Below are positions 37,020-49,295 of a stretch of DNA of 64,000 nt, one piece after another; the first letter of the stretch is position 1, and each line of letters begins with the position of its first letter. The notes under the pieces are model-generated. The model searched no databases and was not told the DNA's origin. It worked only from the letters and a program-made list of their open reading frames with translations. Source of the DNA: Takakia lepidozioides (taxonomy: Eukaryota > Plantae > Bryophyta); the NCBI GenBank assembly GCA_030704615.1, contig CM060734.1, positions 17,174,001 through 17,238,000 on the forward strand, written 5' to 3'. The position numbers and the translations under genes were made by a program.

Positions 37020-37960
37020 TGGTCATTGTGAAAGTTACTGAGGTTTTCTTATTGAAGAAGAGGTGAAATAAAAGGCTGGGTGAGTCATCATGAATCTTAC
37101 TTAGGGATTCTTGCATGAACAAGAGACAAGAAAAGTTTGGATGCTCATTGTCAAGCTATCTGACGTTTCCAATATTTCATCCATGGTGGATGAATGATGG
37201 ATGGATGAAATATTGAAGGAGAGGATTAAAATAATGAGGATGGGCAAGGCCCCAAAATATGACCACTCATTGTGAAACAGGCAATGGTTTTTATTAATGT
37301 AGATGAGGTGAAAATTTGACAGATGACCATCTTCAAGCTTATTTAGGCTTTGTTTGTGAAGAAGAGGTGAAATAAAAGTTGAGCTCTATCATTGTCAAAC
37401 TTCTTCAGGTTTCTGTTATAGAAGAAGAGGTGAAAAAAAACCCAGATGGTCATCATGAATGCTTATTTAGGGAATAAATTAGGGATTGTTTGTGAAGCAG
37501 AGGTGAAAAAAAAACAACCATTGTCAAACTTCTTAAGGTTTCTGTTATTGAAGAAGAGGTGAAAAAAATTGAGCTCTATCATTGTCAATCTTGTTCAGGT
37601 TTCTGTTGATGAAAAAGAGGTGAAAAAAATCAGATGGTCATCATGAATAAATTAGGGATTGTTTGTGAAGAAGAGGTGAAAAAAAAACTTGAGCTCTATC
37701 ATTGTCAAACTTCTTCAGGTTTCTGTAATTGAAGAAGAGGTGAAAAAAAAATCATATCGTCATCATGAATGCTTATTTAGGGTTTGTTTGTATAGAGGAC
37801 GTGGAAAACAAATGAGCTGTCATTGTGAAACTTGTTCAGGTGCCTGTTATTCCAGATGAAGTGGAAAGAAAAACAAATGGTCATCATGAAGCTCATTTAC
37901 GCAATGCTTCTGTAGAGGCCGTCAAAAAATAAAATGAGCTTTCATACTGACACTTGTCCA
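37020..37960. repeat. Degenerate ~60-bp tandem array (GAAGAAGAGGTGAAAAAA...CATTGTCAAACTT)
   Basis: More than ten recognisable units. Confidence 0.85.
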
Positions 37961-38226
37961 TGTTTGGCAGGCCCGCGAACAAAACAAAGTTTTTTTTTTT
38001 TTTTTTTTTGGTTTTGGTTTTTGCCCGGGGAAATATTGGGGGTGGGGGCAGAAGTGGTGTGCGTTGACGCACTCAATTTTAGAGGCTCGTTAACCAAACC
38101 CGATGAAAAAATAAACTACCTTTCAAAACGAGACATCGTCTGCTTGTCCAGTTTTAAGAGCTGTGTATACATGTTCTACCAACAAGGCCCTTTCCGACAT
38201 TGCGAAAAATCGCAACATATGCAACA

Positions 38227-38900
38227 CTACTCGATATTGCCAATGTCTCGCTGCAAAAGTGTCTGTACCTCACCAGGACCTAGTGTTGCCTGGTGAATGA
38301 GTTGGTCTCTTTTGGGATCACAATACATCCTGTGCAAAAAGATGTAGTAAAGATGCTTGCAGGGAACCCATTTCCCTCTCTTTCCTAGAGCTTCCTCACG
38401 CATGCACACGAAGTCAGGACATGTACACCTCGGAAAATTTCCCACCGTCACTTGATAGGCCCTGTCGTGCAAAACAGACCCAGATGTGACCAAAGTATAA
38501 ACCCGTCCATACCCAGGTGAAGGTACTTCCATAGTTCCTGTTACCCGACCCTAAAGTAGTCTGGCCGATTCCACCTTCGCATCGTGATCAGGCCCCGAAG
38601 CCACCCGATGCACTGTTTTGCCATTCCTTCTCGTATCGGAGGCACCATAGCAGCAAGGCCACCAAGAGTCGACGCCACAGATCGGTGCAGACGAAAGCCG
38701 GCGTCCTCCAACTTGCCAATCTCCAGTGCTGTTAGGGAGGTTCCCACCCGCACTGGCCAAATGGTTGGTGGGGGAGGCTTAGCAATGCAGGAGTCACGGA
38801 CGGTACCATTTACACAGCGAGCCATATCGTCCGGGCAGAACCAGAATTTGTGCATCTTCGACTCCTTTGACATATATGGCCGAATCAAACCTGTGAACGT
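38227..38900 (-). pseudogene. C-terminal part of a MULE-family transposase with SWIM zinc finger
   Basis: FWFCPDDMARCV, YQVTVGNFPRCTCPDF...PCKHLYYIF; homologous to 60987-61700. Confidence 0.85.
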
Positions 38901-39179
38901 CTATTTCAGAACCATGTCAATTTGAGTAAGTCTCGCCCCATGCGGCATGGACCAATACAAGTAACGTAAACCATGTCAATGAGAGTATCAACTTCTAGAA
39001 GGAGGGCTGAACTCCGTTAGCACAAGACGATGTCAGCCGATGTACTTATGATGAGAATATTTTGAGGAAAGTCATTTCCCAAAATCACGATATTTTGACA
39101 AGGTTGGAGGGACCATTTTCAAATCTGTATTCTTCCGTTGTTCCGAAGGTTGATGGAAGAAGTCCTTGAAATGATGTCT

Positions 39180-39510
39180 CGAATGCGGCAACGCATTTCC
39201 ATATCCGACATGGAAATAACGTATTGGACATAGGAATGCGGCACCGCATTTCCATTTAGCGCAATGGAATGCGGTGCCGCATTTCCGTGCAAGGGGCAAG
39301 AAATGGAAAACTTCCATGTCCAAAATTGAAATGCGGCACCGCATTTCCGTTCGGCCCTACGATTTCTGATGTCCAAAACAGGAAATTCACGTTACTGTTG
39401 GTGTCCCGGCTTATGGAAATGCGGTGCCGCATTTCCAAAATGATGTATTTACCGTTGCCACATTTCCGGTTTTCCGTTCCGACATGGAAATGCGGCACCG
39501 CATTTTCGGT
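39180..39510. repeat. Array of six palindromes G(A)AATGCGG(CA/TG)CCGCATTTCC; a seventh copy at ~36814-36835
   Basis: Copies start near 39181, 39233, 39266, 39328, 39415 and 39486. Confidence 0.9.
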
Positions 39511-39638
39511 TTTGAGAAGGACGTGGTTTCAGAGATAGTGTCCTTTAGAAGCACATGGGAGAGGGGACCTCAACTGCAAAGAAATACCTTTATATATTCA
39601 GGAAGAAAATTTAAATGTACAAAGAGTTATTTAAAATT

Positions 39639-40015
39639 CTACCCATCTTGGAAATCATCATCACTATCCTCATCCTGTCGTAGACTGTCCTCCTCCCCTT
39701 CCACCCCCTCATCTTCTTTCTCATGTCCAGCGGACTGGTCGTTGGCCAGGCTTTCGAAAATCCCATCTTCCCCTTGTGGAACTGACCATCTCACCTCCGT
39801 TGGGTCATCGTCCTCCTTGACTGCATCGATCTCTTCCGCGGAATCACATACATATTTCCGCACGCATCTACCTGTCTCAGCTGCAGCCAACTCTCTCCGC
39901 TTCCTTCTGTCCTCCCTAGCCCTCTCCAAAATCAGCTCTACTTTACTGGGATTCTTACATCGTCTAATGGCTGTATTTGCAAGCTTAGCTGCACAACTAG
40001 GAAGGGAGTAGTCCT
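39639..40015 (-). pseudogene. 3' end of an unknown TE-associated gene (DYSLP...VRWSVPQGEDGIFE, acidic tail)
   Basis: Protein-level homology to 54625-54985. Confidence 0.65.
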
Positions 40016-41923
40016 TTCGAAGCAACGTTTCCGGACATGATGAGTGATAATGTTGCAGCACGGCATTAGTTAATGGAGTTGCAGCCAACATTAGCACTAC
40101 ACACTAAGCAAAACATGCAAAGAGGGCTGGCACATATTCCTGACAATATTAGTCGGTTGTTCTATCTCATCAAAGTGCGATTGCATTAAGTTAGCATCTG
40201 AAGGATCATTCAAAGACCAAACATGTTGAAAATACGAGAAGTGAAGTTGTAGGCAAAGATATTGAGGTGCTCTATTAATTTGATACATAAGATATGGTTG
40301 TAGATATTCGACTAAGAGTCTATCAAAGCCTAAACAATGTTGACGATCAATTCACTTGGCGTTGCTTCTCCAAAGACATTCAAAAAATTAGCTCAATTAT
40401 TATCGAATTGCTAAGTAGGAGTGTTGGAAGAAATTAGTTATAATCAGTTAATGAATTAGATCGCTAGGGGGTGAATAGTCACCAATGGTTAGTCATTAAC
40501 GTAGGAAGAGGAACGTCTTGTCTTTAAGACTTTCACATGTTAAAGCTTGGGGTGAAGTCACTGGATCATCAACTATGACAGTGGGCTTCGAAGGACGGGT
40601 GGAGAGCTTGTAGTAGTATGTTTAATGTTTTTCTCAAGTCTAATAGGCTAAGTAAATTTACTAGTCATGATGAGCCACCATAGTGGGGCGCTTCAAGTGC
40701 CTTCATTTAAATTAGCCTCAAAGATTATATCCAGCTAAAAATATAGGTGGATGGCTTGGGTGTTGATGTGTTGTTGGACCCTCACCACCTCAAGTCACTA
40801 TTGGAACAATATGGTTTGTAACACTAGTGTAGGTAGCCAAGTGGTTGGAACTTTGTGCTCTGCATCACCTAGGTGGTCTAGGGCTCAAAGAGTCCTCAAA
40901 GTGTTTATCTTCCAACAGAAGGCACTGATCCCTAGTAGTAACTCGGGATGATGAGACGCCATAATTTATGCTTCCTTGGGGAGGCGTCATCCTTTTCTTT
41001 TCTATGTAGTATGTGCAAAGTATATATATTAAGCGTGATTGATTGATATGACAAGGATGCTATGGAGGTTGGGCACGCAGGCGATTAAGCTTGTGATTTT
41101 ATGTATTTGGACTCCTAATTAACTTATCATTGTTGGAAATGTATTGATTGAGTGTGAATTACACAATGACAAACCCACTGTGCTAGCAAGTAAGTTTCCT
41201 CCTTTCACTCTCCCATTCAATTTTCTTGAATGTACACAATGAGGCGCGCGTAGATGTATCACATCTGATACATCTGTCTTCTCTTCAGATAATTGGCATG
41301 ATCCCTGTGAATCAGATAAAATCCTCCACTTCACGAAATATTTTACACTGGCCAAATATTTGCCCACCCTTGAGAGTGGCAGTACAATCGTTGCTTGCCA
41401 GAGGAAGTGGCTCTTATATGTTATTTTGGCCGCAGTCTTCCTTATTACTTTCAACAACTGCACTGTAAAGGTAGACGTGGGACTATCTTAGAGTTGAACC
41501 CATGACCACCTGCTGTATAAAAACACCACCCAGCTACAATGTCAACAGAAGAGAAATTCTAGGAGACCATGAGAGAAGATTCAGTCACTGGTGCCAAACA
41601 TGACTTGCTCTCTCACAATATTTCACAGGTGTAGTTTGGAATATCTGGTATCTGCAGGAACTGATCATTCCTCATATGGAAGCCTTGGCTTCAAAGAGAG
41701 ATAATATGGATTCAAGTAAAATCCTTTCAAGACTATTGGGTCTCATTAACAGTATACATGTACGTGTGCGTTGAAGGTACTGTGATTGTGGCTTGAAGGA
41801 TTCAACGCTGCAAACTGTTTTTGTCTATACAAAACCAGAGCTTTAGTAACCCATCTGCACCTTTACTGGCTTTACTGGGTTCGCTAGAGGCAGTGAGTTC
41901 ACATCGTCATTCTGCGGAGAAGA

Positions 41924-44900
41924 TCAGTTCTGGTCGGAGGTGATTGTGGTGGTGGTGGTGGTGGTTTCTGTGCAGACACTACTGTCAACCACATCATCTC
42001 CCACTTTAGAGGAGGTCTCATGGACCTGAGTAACAATTTCCTTCACCCCATCTGCAATCGACTTGGAAGCCGTAGCAGCTGCGTCAACCACCCCTTGTTG
42101 GATATGGGTGGCAGCATTCTTGGTCGCTGCTTCGCCGTCACGAAGAGACTGGGATGCCTGTTGCATCAAGGAGCTCGCCTGTTGGGCAAGTCCCTCTACC
42201 TGCTGGAACGAAGAGGCCGCATCTTGGGCCATTGCAGACAGCTGCCCAGCAGGTGTTGCGAGTGTTTGGATAGCGGAATTCGTCACCCCTTGTTGGATGT
42301 GGATGCCCGAATCTCTTGCAGCTGCCTGCAAGTACCCGGTAGCGAGCGCTTGGGTGTCACTCAGGTTTGAGCCCCTTGTTGGGAAACCGAAGAGACGATT
42401 CCTGGCTGTTGCACACTGACAGAATTTGTACTCCCTTGTTGGAGTAGAGTATGCCTCATTAGCGAGGGTCGGTAAGTACATAGCTGCCGATGTTTGGCTT
42501 CTGTTGACAGAATCTAGTAACGCCTGCTGGAATTGGGAGGCTGCCATGCCCGCTGCTGATTGCGCCTGCGTATAAAACGGAGTACTTTGGGTAGCAGCAT
42601 CCGCCATCCCTTGTTGGATATGGTTGATCGCATCTCTTGCACCGGACAAGTATCTTGAGGCCATGGCTTGGCCTTCACCAACAGACTGAACCCCCTGCTG
42701 GTAGAGGGATGCTGCCTGTTGGGCAGCTGCGGATAGGGAAGGAGTTTGGGTAGCAACATTTGCTACTCCTTGTTGGAATAAAGCGATTGCATCCCTGGCG
42801 ACTGTTGGTAGGTAAGAAACGGCCGACGGTTGGCGCCTTAGCATCCATCACTGCCTGTTGGAATTGAGAAACCATCGCTTGGTTGATTGTAGGGCTTCTG
42901 TTGGCTTGAGGGATGTGTATAACTGCATCCCTAGCGTTTGCCCAGTGCCCCCTGGCGAATGCTTGGCCTCCCTGAGCCCCTTGGTTGAAGAGGGAGGTCG
43001 CCTCTTGGACAATTCCGGATAGTTGTCCTGGAGACAGTGAAGAGTTTTGGGAAGCCACATTTGAGAGACCCTGTTGGATCAGAGTGCTGGCGTCCCGGGT
43101 GATATCTGGTCAGTATGCTGCAAGCAGATGCTTGGCCTATGGAAACAGTATCCCTCGCTGTTTGATCTCGATGATTGCGTCCTTGGCGGTAGGCAAGTAA
43201 GCAGCAGCCGTCGCTTGGCCTGCACTCACAGCGGTAGCCCCCTCTTGGAGGAGAGAGGCAGCCTGTCAGGCAAGTTCTGGTAGGTTGCTTTGGGTGGCGA
43301 CATTGCTCACGGCTTGTTGTATCTGGGCAGAAGCATTTGTCACCCCCTGTTGAATTTCATTGACGGCGTTCGTCATACCCTTTTGGATTGAGGCCACCTC
43401 GTTGGAGATGCCCGACTCAGCAAGCGCATCCTTGGCATAGGAAGTGGCTGACTCATCGACTTTGTCAATCCCATCCTTCACCGCTTTCTCAACTTTTGTA
43501 TTAGATTTTAGATCCTGCACCCCGCGTTTGACTAGGGAGACTGCCTCCTTGGCAAGATTCTGCATACCACCAGGTCCCCCTTTGCCAGTAACCGCATCCT
43601 CAATTCCAGAAAACAGAGATAAGGCCTCCTGACCCAGAGAGGGTTGCTGTTTCGCACCTCCACCTGTACCTCCGTCCTGGCTAGGTGCCGTCACAGTTTC
43701 GGTTACCTTGACGGTGGAGTCAGTAGTCGTCGTCGTTTTGGTAGGCTTCAGGGGGGGCAGGGGGTGAGTAAGTCCGTTTCTTGCGCCTGGTGAGAATGCG
43801 CAAACAGAGGTGATCACAGACCCCACCAGCAATGGCAATGTCTTAACTATTGTTCCAGGCACATGTTTGTAAAAGCAGGTTGACACTGGGCTTGTCAGCA
43901 GCGTCAGAGTTGCAAACGCGGCTCCTGATAAAAAAGCATGAAGAGTACTTGGCGATTCCTTGGAAGCTCTCCACAGTGTCTTCAGAATTACTCGCGGTCG
44001 ATGCAACATATCAACGATCTCGAGGCTGGCTAAACGGACCCCTCCTCTGGTCACTAGTGTTGAACATCCATTTCAGTACTACTTGGTTTATGAACATTTG
44101 GGCCTCCAAAGACTGAAATTCTGCCCGGGCCACTTAGCAAAGGCTTCCAGTACACCAGTATAAGATCCGATTCACTCCAAACCCATCCGTTTAGAATCAA
44201 GCTCATCTTGTTCAACTTAGATTGCTTATGCAACTTGTGCTCCTGATGAAGAGGTTTTGAGTTGCAGTCATATGCCTACGGATCAAGTGCTCTGTCTTTT
44301 CTGTGGAATATAAAGGTCACCGGTTCTGCCTTCAAAAGAAAAAGAAAAAGAGGAGGTTCATGATCAATTTTTATTTAGCAGGATGTCAATGCAGCCATGA
44401 TCTAACAAATTAGTTTTCTCGAATCTCAGACTGATCCCAATGCGAACTATTAAAACAGCTCAGGAATGGAATTGAACCTGAACCCTGGGATTGTGACCAC
44501 GTAGCTACAGTACCGGCACCCGAGCATTCTGTGTGGCAACAGAGCGCGCGTATTAAGTCAGAGAATTCCTGCCTAAAGTTCCTAAAGGTGTCGCGCCAAC
44601 CTATGATCCTCGGGATGACTTCCAGACATGAAGACCAAATGCACAAATTTTTGCACTCCGGAATTTGGCCATAATCAGTAAGAACTAATATAGTACCTAG
44701 TACACGATAAATGGATTTATGGTTAATAGCGCGTCACTGTCAGATCAGCGCAATCTGTATGCTTACTAAATCTAGATTTTCGGTGATCAAAACATGAACT
44801 CACCAAATCTTCTATATTGCTGCATTGCAAGAGAAGATCATGCGGCTGAGATGAAAGTGGGTAGCTGCGCTGGATAAATGCAGGCACAGTTAATCTGATA

Positions 44901-45624
44901 GGGAAAATGCTATAATTATTGCCTTTAGTATGTGAAACAACTTTCACATACGTTGGATGAGCTGTTTCGTGGTTGGTCCCCCTGGGCATCCATTGCCCAA
45001 CTCTTAATATACAGTACTAATGCACCCGTAATTCAGTCATTTCGATATACTCTACTGACTCGTGCTCTACATGCTTGGTCCAGGAGAACAGTGCACTGGC
45101 GCAGCTCAGGGTGGTGTCCCTGTATGACTTGATCATACAGGGCACGATACCAATTCAACAGTCTTTAAAGCTTGTGTAATTATCAGAAGGAACAACGGAA
45201 TATGGTGATGCCATGTACGAGCCAGGAACTTCTATCGATCATGACGGAGGATATTGAAGTTCACGTGGAGATCTATATTCCAAATACACCATGTGATAAT
45301 TCTGTGATCAAACATGGGAGAGTAACTAGAGATAGAAACCTGGTAGGTATCGGTGAAGCAGACGACCACACATGTGGAAGCAAGAATGCACAGCATTACA
45401 GCGGTCACTGCCTTCTCAACAGTCCCGCACACACCGTCGTTTGTAGCCAATGGCGCCAGAGTCTGAAACATCAGAAATGTGTTGGCAGGTAGTAGCTTGG
45501 TGATGTTTCCCATCATATTTTGGTCTGATGGCTCGCCCTTGGGAGGGCGCATCTGCCTTTTGGCCTGGAAGTAGCTTTCCGTTGTGGTCGTGGTGGTAAT
45601 CGGGGGAGCCGGGGCGCTTGCCAT
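41924..45624 (-). pseudogene. DMP/DUF679 membrane protein gene with a long Gln/Ala-rich repeat C-terminal extension; disrupted
   Basis: Exon 45624-45340 reads NITKLLPANTFLMFQTLAPLATNDGVC...CFTDTYQ, then a GT donor. LHAFLS...TCFY...LPLLVG...PGARNG lies near 43940-43770. QQGV/QQAA repeats follow to 41924 with stops and frameshifts. I could not find the middle DUF679 segment. Confidence 0.78.
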
Positions 45625-46392
45625 GTGAGATGAGTGACTAGGCTGCCGAACAAGAAAGAGAAGTAAGCAGTCAAGCAAGAAAAGTAGTTCACAATAAAAA
45701 CCAGCAGACAGCACAAGGATGCAGCCGAATGTTCCACATAAGAGAATAAAGAGACGGAAAGTAGTACTAGATATAGGCCACAAAAGGAAGGAAGGAACCT
45801 GACAAGAGAGAAACTGGGAGTTAGAGCAAGTCTCACATGAGAGTCTGGGGACAGTTATGGCTGCAGGAGAGAGGGATCAAGAGACGGAGAGAGCTGGGAA
45901 AAACGGCTGCTCCACCGCGATAGAAACAGATTAGTGATACAAACAGAACCAATCGAGAGACTCTAAGAATGTGGATCGGTCTGATTTCGTGTACATAGAC
46001 TGATGAGACTCGTCCGGAGCCCAGAGAAAGGATTTTTAGGCGATGTAGATGACGAGGTGGGGCCATGACCCTCTACCCCACCACAAGAGGCACAATGAGG
46101 GGCGATGGAAGCATTCAAAGGAGGGCACTAGGCAGCAGGATGTAAGCCAATTCATTGATGCCATATGCAAGTCATAAAGCCTGAGATCTCTCTGTCCGCC
46201 TCAGACAACCAAACGCTCGGACAGCTCCGACGTGGTGGGGCTCACATGCATCATGGCTATTCCGTCAGCTCTTATAATGACCGCAGCGCTCCCAAACCCC
46301 CCCCAAAATTGACATTCCTCAAGAGTGTTTTGGGCACCTTGTTACTAAACATTGGAACCACGCAATGGCAGATTGCTTGCCAGTTCTTTTAG

Positions 46393-46621
46393 GCTATGGC
46401 TTTTCACTGATTATGCGCTTCCTTCAATCTTCCGTGGAGCCTCTTCTCTTCCCCCATCAACCGCTTTGGCACTAAAATCTACAACTTTCTCTATAACAGA
46501 CCACTCCAAAATGCTATGGCTTTTCACTGATTATGCGCTTCCTTCAATCTTCCGTGGAGCCTCTTCTCTTCCCCCATCAACCGCTTTGGCACTAAAATCT
46601 ACAACTTTCTCTATAACAGAC
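46393..46621. repeat. Tandem duplication, period 120 bp
   Basis: 46393-46501 is identical to 46513-46621. Confidence 0.93.
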
Positions 46622-47440
46622 GACCACATTTTGGAGTATATTCCAGCCTATCTTCAACAGGAAGCCCAACTGGATTTTGATCATGTGATTCTTGTGGGAT
46701 GAAGGTGCTATACGCTACTGGCCCACCATCTCAGCGCTACATGTATTATGGATGCATTAAGGGCTGCAAGCTGAATTCCAAAAGGAGGAGAGGTGGCTGG
46801 GTAGGATTTAGGCTGGGATGGTGAGAGAGATAGCGCTTTTGACATTGGAGCTTTTGGGAGCGTGAGGTCTCTTGGAGAGATGGATGCAACGTGATATGGA
46901 GCAAAGTGGAGTGGGCATTTGTGATCAGACTCAGTTGGTACTTGGAACTAGTGTGGAATGATGAGTGTGTTCAACCATAGAATAGAATCAAAATTTAACA
47001 ATGCATGAAAAATGGAACTCTTGCTTGTTTGATGGTTGGAATGATAGCATAGTGCAGAACCAGAGTTAGACATGACAATGACAACCAAGATCTTGAGAGC
47101 ACTTAGTCAGCCTGAAGGTTAGTCCAGGCAATATCCAAGTGCATAACAGAAAACTAGAGTAAGTCAGTTGAGCCATATAAATAGTGAGGGATCAGATTGT
47201 TATAGTGCCACTGTCCCTATAGGTGGATAGTAGTTCTTCCAAACTAAGCTATGTGGAATAGCACACAGAAAATAGGAGTGCTCGAGTAGAGATATCCCAA
47301 GGAGAATGATGTTGTCTTCTCTTCCGCTACGGCAACATTCTATCCAAGGGGTGTCAAAGGATAAGACAAGGTAGAGTGAACCTTTAGGTAGGCCCTTCTT
47401 TTGCCCCACAATTCACAAAGAGGAGCCATACAGCGACTAG

Positions 47441-48230
47441 CCGCTTGTTTTCATCTTTTTCTTTTCCGAGGAAAGCTTTGCTAATTTTGCTCTGGCAAGT
47501 AATTTAGATAAACCTGTTTTCCCCCTCTCCACAACCCCTAAACTAATGAGGAGAATTACCTAGCAGACTTAGCATCTTCCTGCCGATACCGGTTCTGTAT
47601 GGTTCCTCTCCGCTTGTTTTCATCTTTTTCTTTTCCGAGGAAAGCTTTGCTAATTTTGCTCTGGCAAGTAATTTAGATAAACCTGTTTTCCACCTCCCCA
47701 CAACCCCTAAACTACTGAGGAGAATTACCTGGCAGACTTAGCTTCTTCCTGCCGATACCAGTTCTGCATTCAGAACCGGCTATGGCCCGGAGGGATAGCA
47801 ACCTTGGAACTCTTGGGAATGTGAAACAACTCAGGAATCCTCAACCCTTAACATTGTGGATTCTGGACAGTCTGCGCCCATCTTTTCCAGGGTGAGCAAT
47901 ATTAACTTCGCCATTTGGGCTTGTCCAAAAACGCTCTACCATCACCTTTTACCCCACAAAAAGTCGGCCTCTTCTATAGTATGAACAATATCACCAAGAG
48001 AACTGGCCGAACAAACTAGAGGTACGCAAGCTTGGAACTCTTGGAAATGTGAAACAACTCGGGGAATCCTCAACCCATAACATCGTGGATTCCGGACCAT
48101 CTTTTCCGGGCTGGGCGATATTTGGGCTTGTCCAAAAAAGCTCTACCAACATCTTTTATCCCCCAAGAAGTCGGTCCGTTCTCTAGTACAGAGCATATCA
48201 CCAAGAGAACATGCCGAACAAACTGGAGGT
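47441..48230. repeat. Two adjacent tandem duplications (~47441-47597/47610-47766 and ~47804-48022/48031-48230)
   Basis: Repeated blocks CCGCTTGTTTTCATC...GCCGATACC and CTTGGAACTCTTGG...GCCGAACAAACT. Confidence 0.85.
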
Positions 48231-49100
48231 ACAGATTGTTGGATTGTTGCGTAAATGGCCAGTTGGGTGTATGAGTGCTGCCACTATCAATTGGGTTTCA
48301 ATCTTTACTACCCAGCTTCGGTCGCATTTTCTTCTGTTGTAGTGGAGGATTACCCCCGCAATTTAGGCAATTGTAGGGTGCCAAGAGCTTCTTCCTGCCG
48401 AACAGACCGGGCCCACCTGCAAGAGCTTTTCTGGCGAGAACGGCAGCAAGTACAATGAAATGACCAGCGCTTTGTTTTGCTTGTGGGGTCACAAGTGAAC
48501 TTTGCGTGAGTGCACTTTGCAGCATTTGCAATATATCACTTGCACGGACTGAGGGGCCATTTGTTTTGGTGAGTCGGCCATAACTCATACCTCACACCGA
48601 AGAGAGCATTGTAAGGTCATTTTTGGTAAGGGTGTATGGTTCAACCACCAGTGCACCCCCAAATGCCGCAATAATATACTTTTTTTTGTAATTGCTTGCA
48701 AATATTAGATGGGACTGGGTGGGAGGTTAAATGAAAGGTCCAAACAAACAATATGCATCCTTTTATATATATATAAATATATATAAGGGAAACACAGGCT
48801 GGGAGCGATAGCTCACAAATCAGGCCCCTTAATTATAGTGAGAGGAGAAAATAACCTCTTTCACAGTAACCTCGCTGTAAAGGCATTCCTATGGGACATC
48901 TCCCAACGGCAGTGGGAGAAGAACATACCATATTTTTGGAATTTATGACATAATCAGTTCAACAAGTCTGACCAAATTTTCACATGAAATCTGAAAATGA
49001 TCGCTTCCTATTGGTAGGTGTGTTCTTATGCACTACATACAGATTACATATTCTCATCAGTTGTTGTCATATTATGACTCAAATGCAAGTAAACACAACA

Positions 49101-49295
49101 GGGCTGTAGCCTAGTGGTAAGCCACTCCTGTATTTACCTGTACTAGGTCTGGGGTTCAACCCCTGTCATCTGTCTATCTGCCTTCGGGCTGGGGCTGCCG
49201 TTGTAATGCCTCCATGGCTCAAAAAGTGGGGTTATTCTCCCCTCAAGGCCTAGTTGCTGGGGCTGGTGTGTCCTTGGATAAAAACTAAAATAAAA
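49101..49295 (+). mobile_element. tRNA-derived SINE-like element
   Basis: A box TAGCCTAGTGG, B box GGTTCAACCCC, a non-tRNA body and an A-rich tail. No clear TSD. Confidence 0.55.

Noticed and set aside
39180-39510. Palindromic repeats with variable spacers resembling a CRISPR array
   Set aside because: Spacing is irregular (~33-87 bp), the spacers share sequence, there are no cas genes, and the context is a eukaryotic TE.
49101-49175. tRNA gene
   Set aside because: A and B boxes are present, but there is no convincing cloverleaf and it continues into a body and A-rich tail. I treated it as SINE-like.
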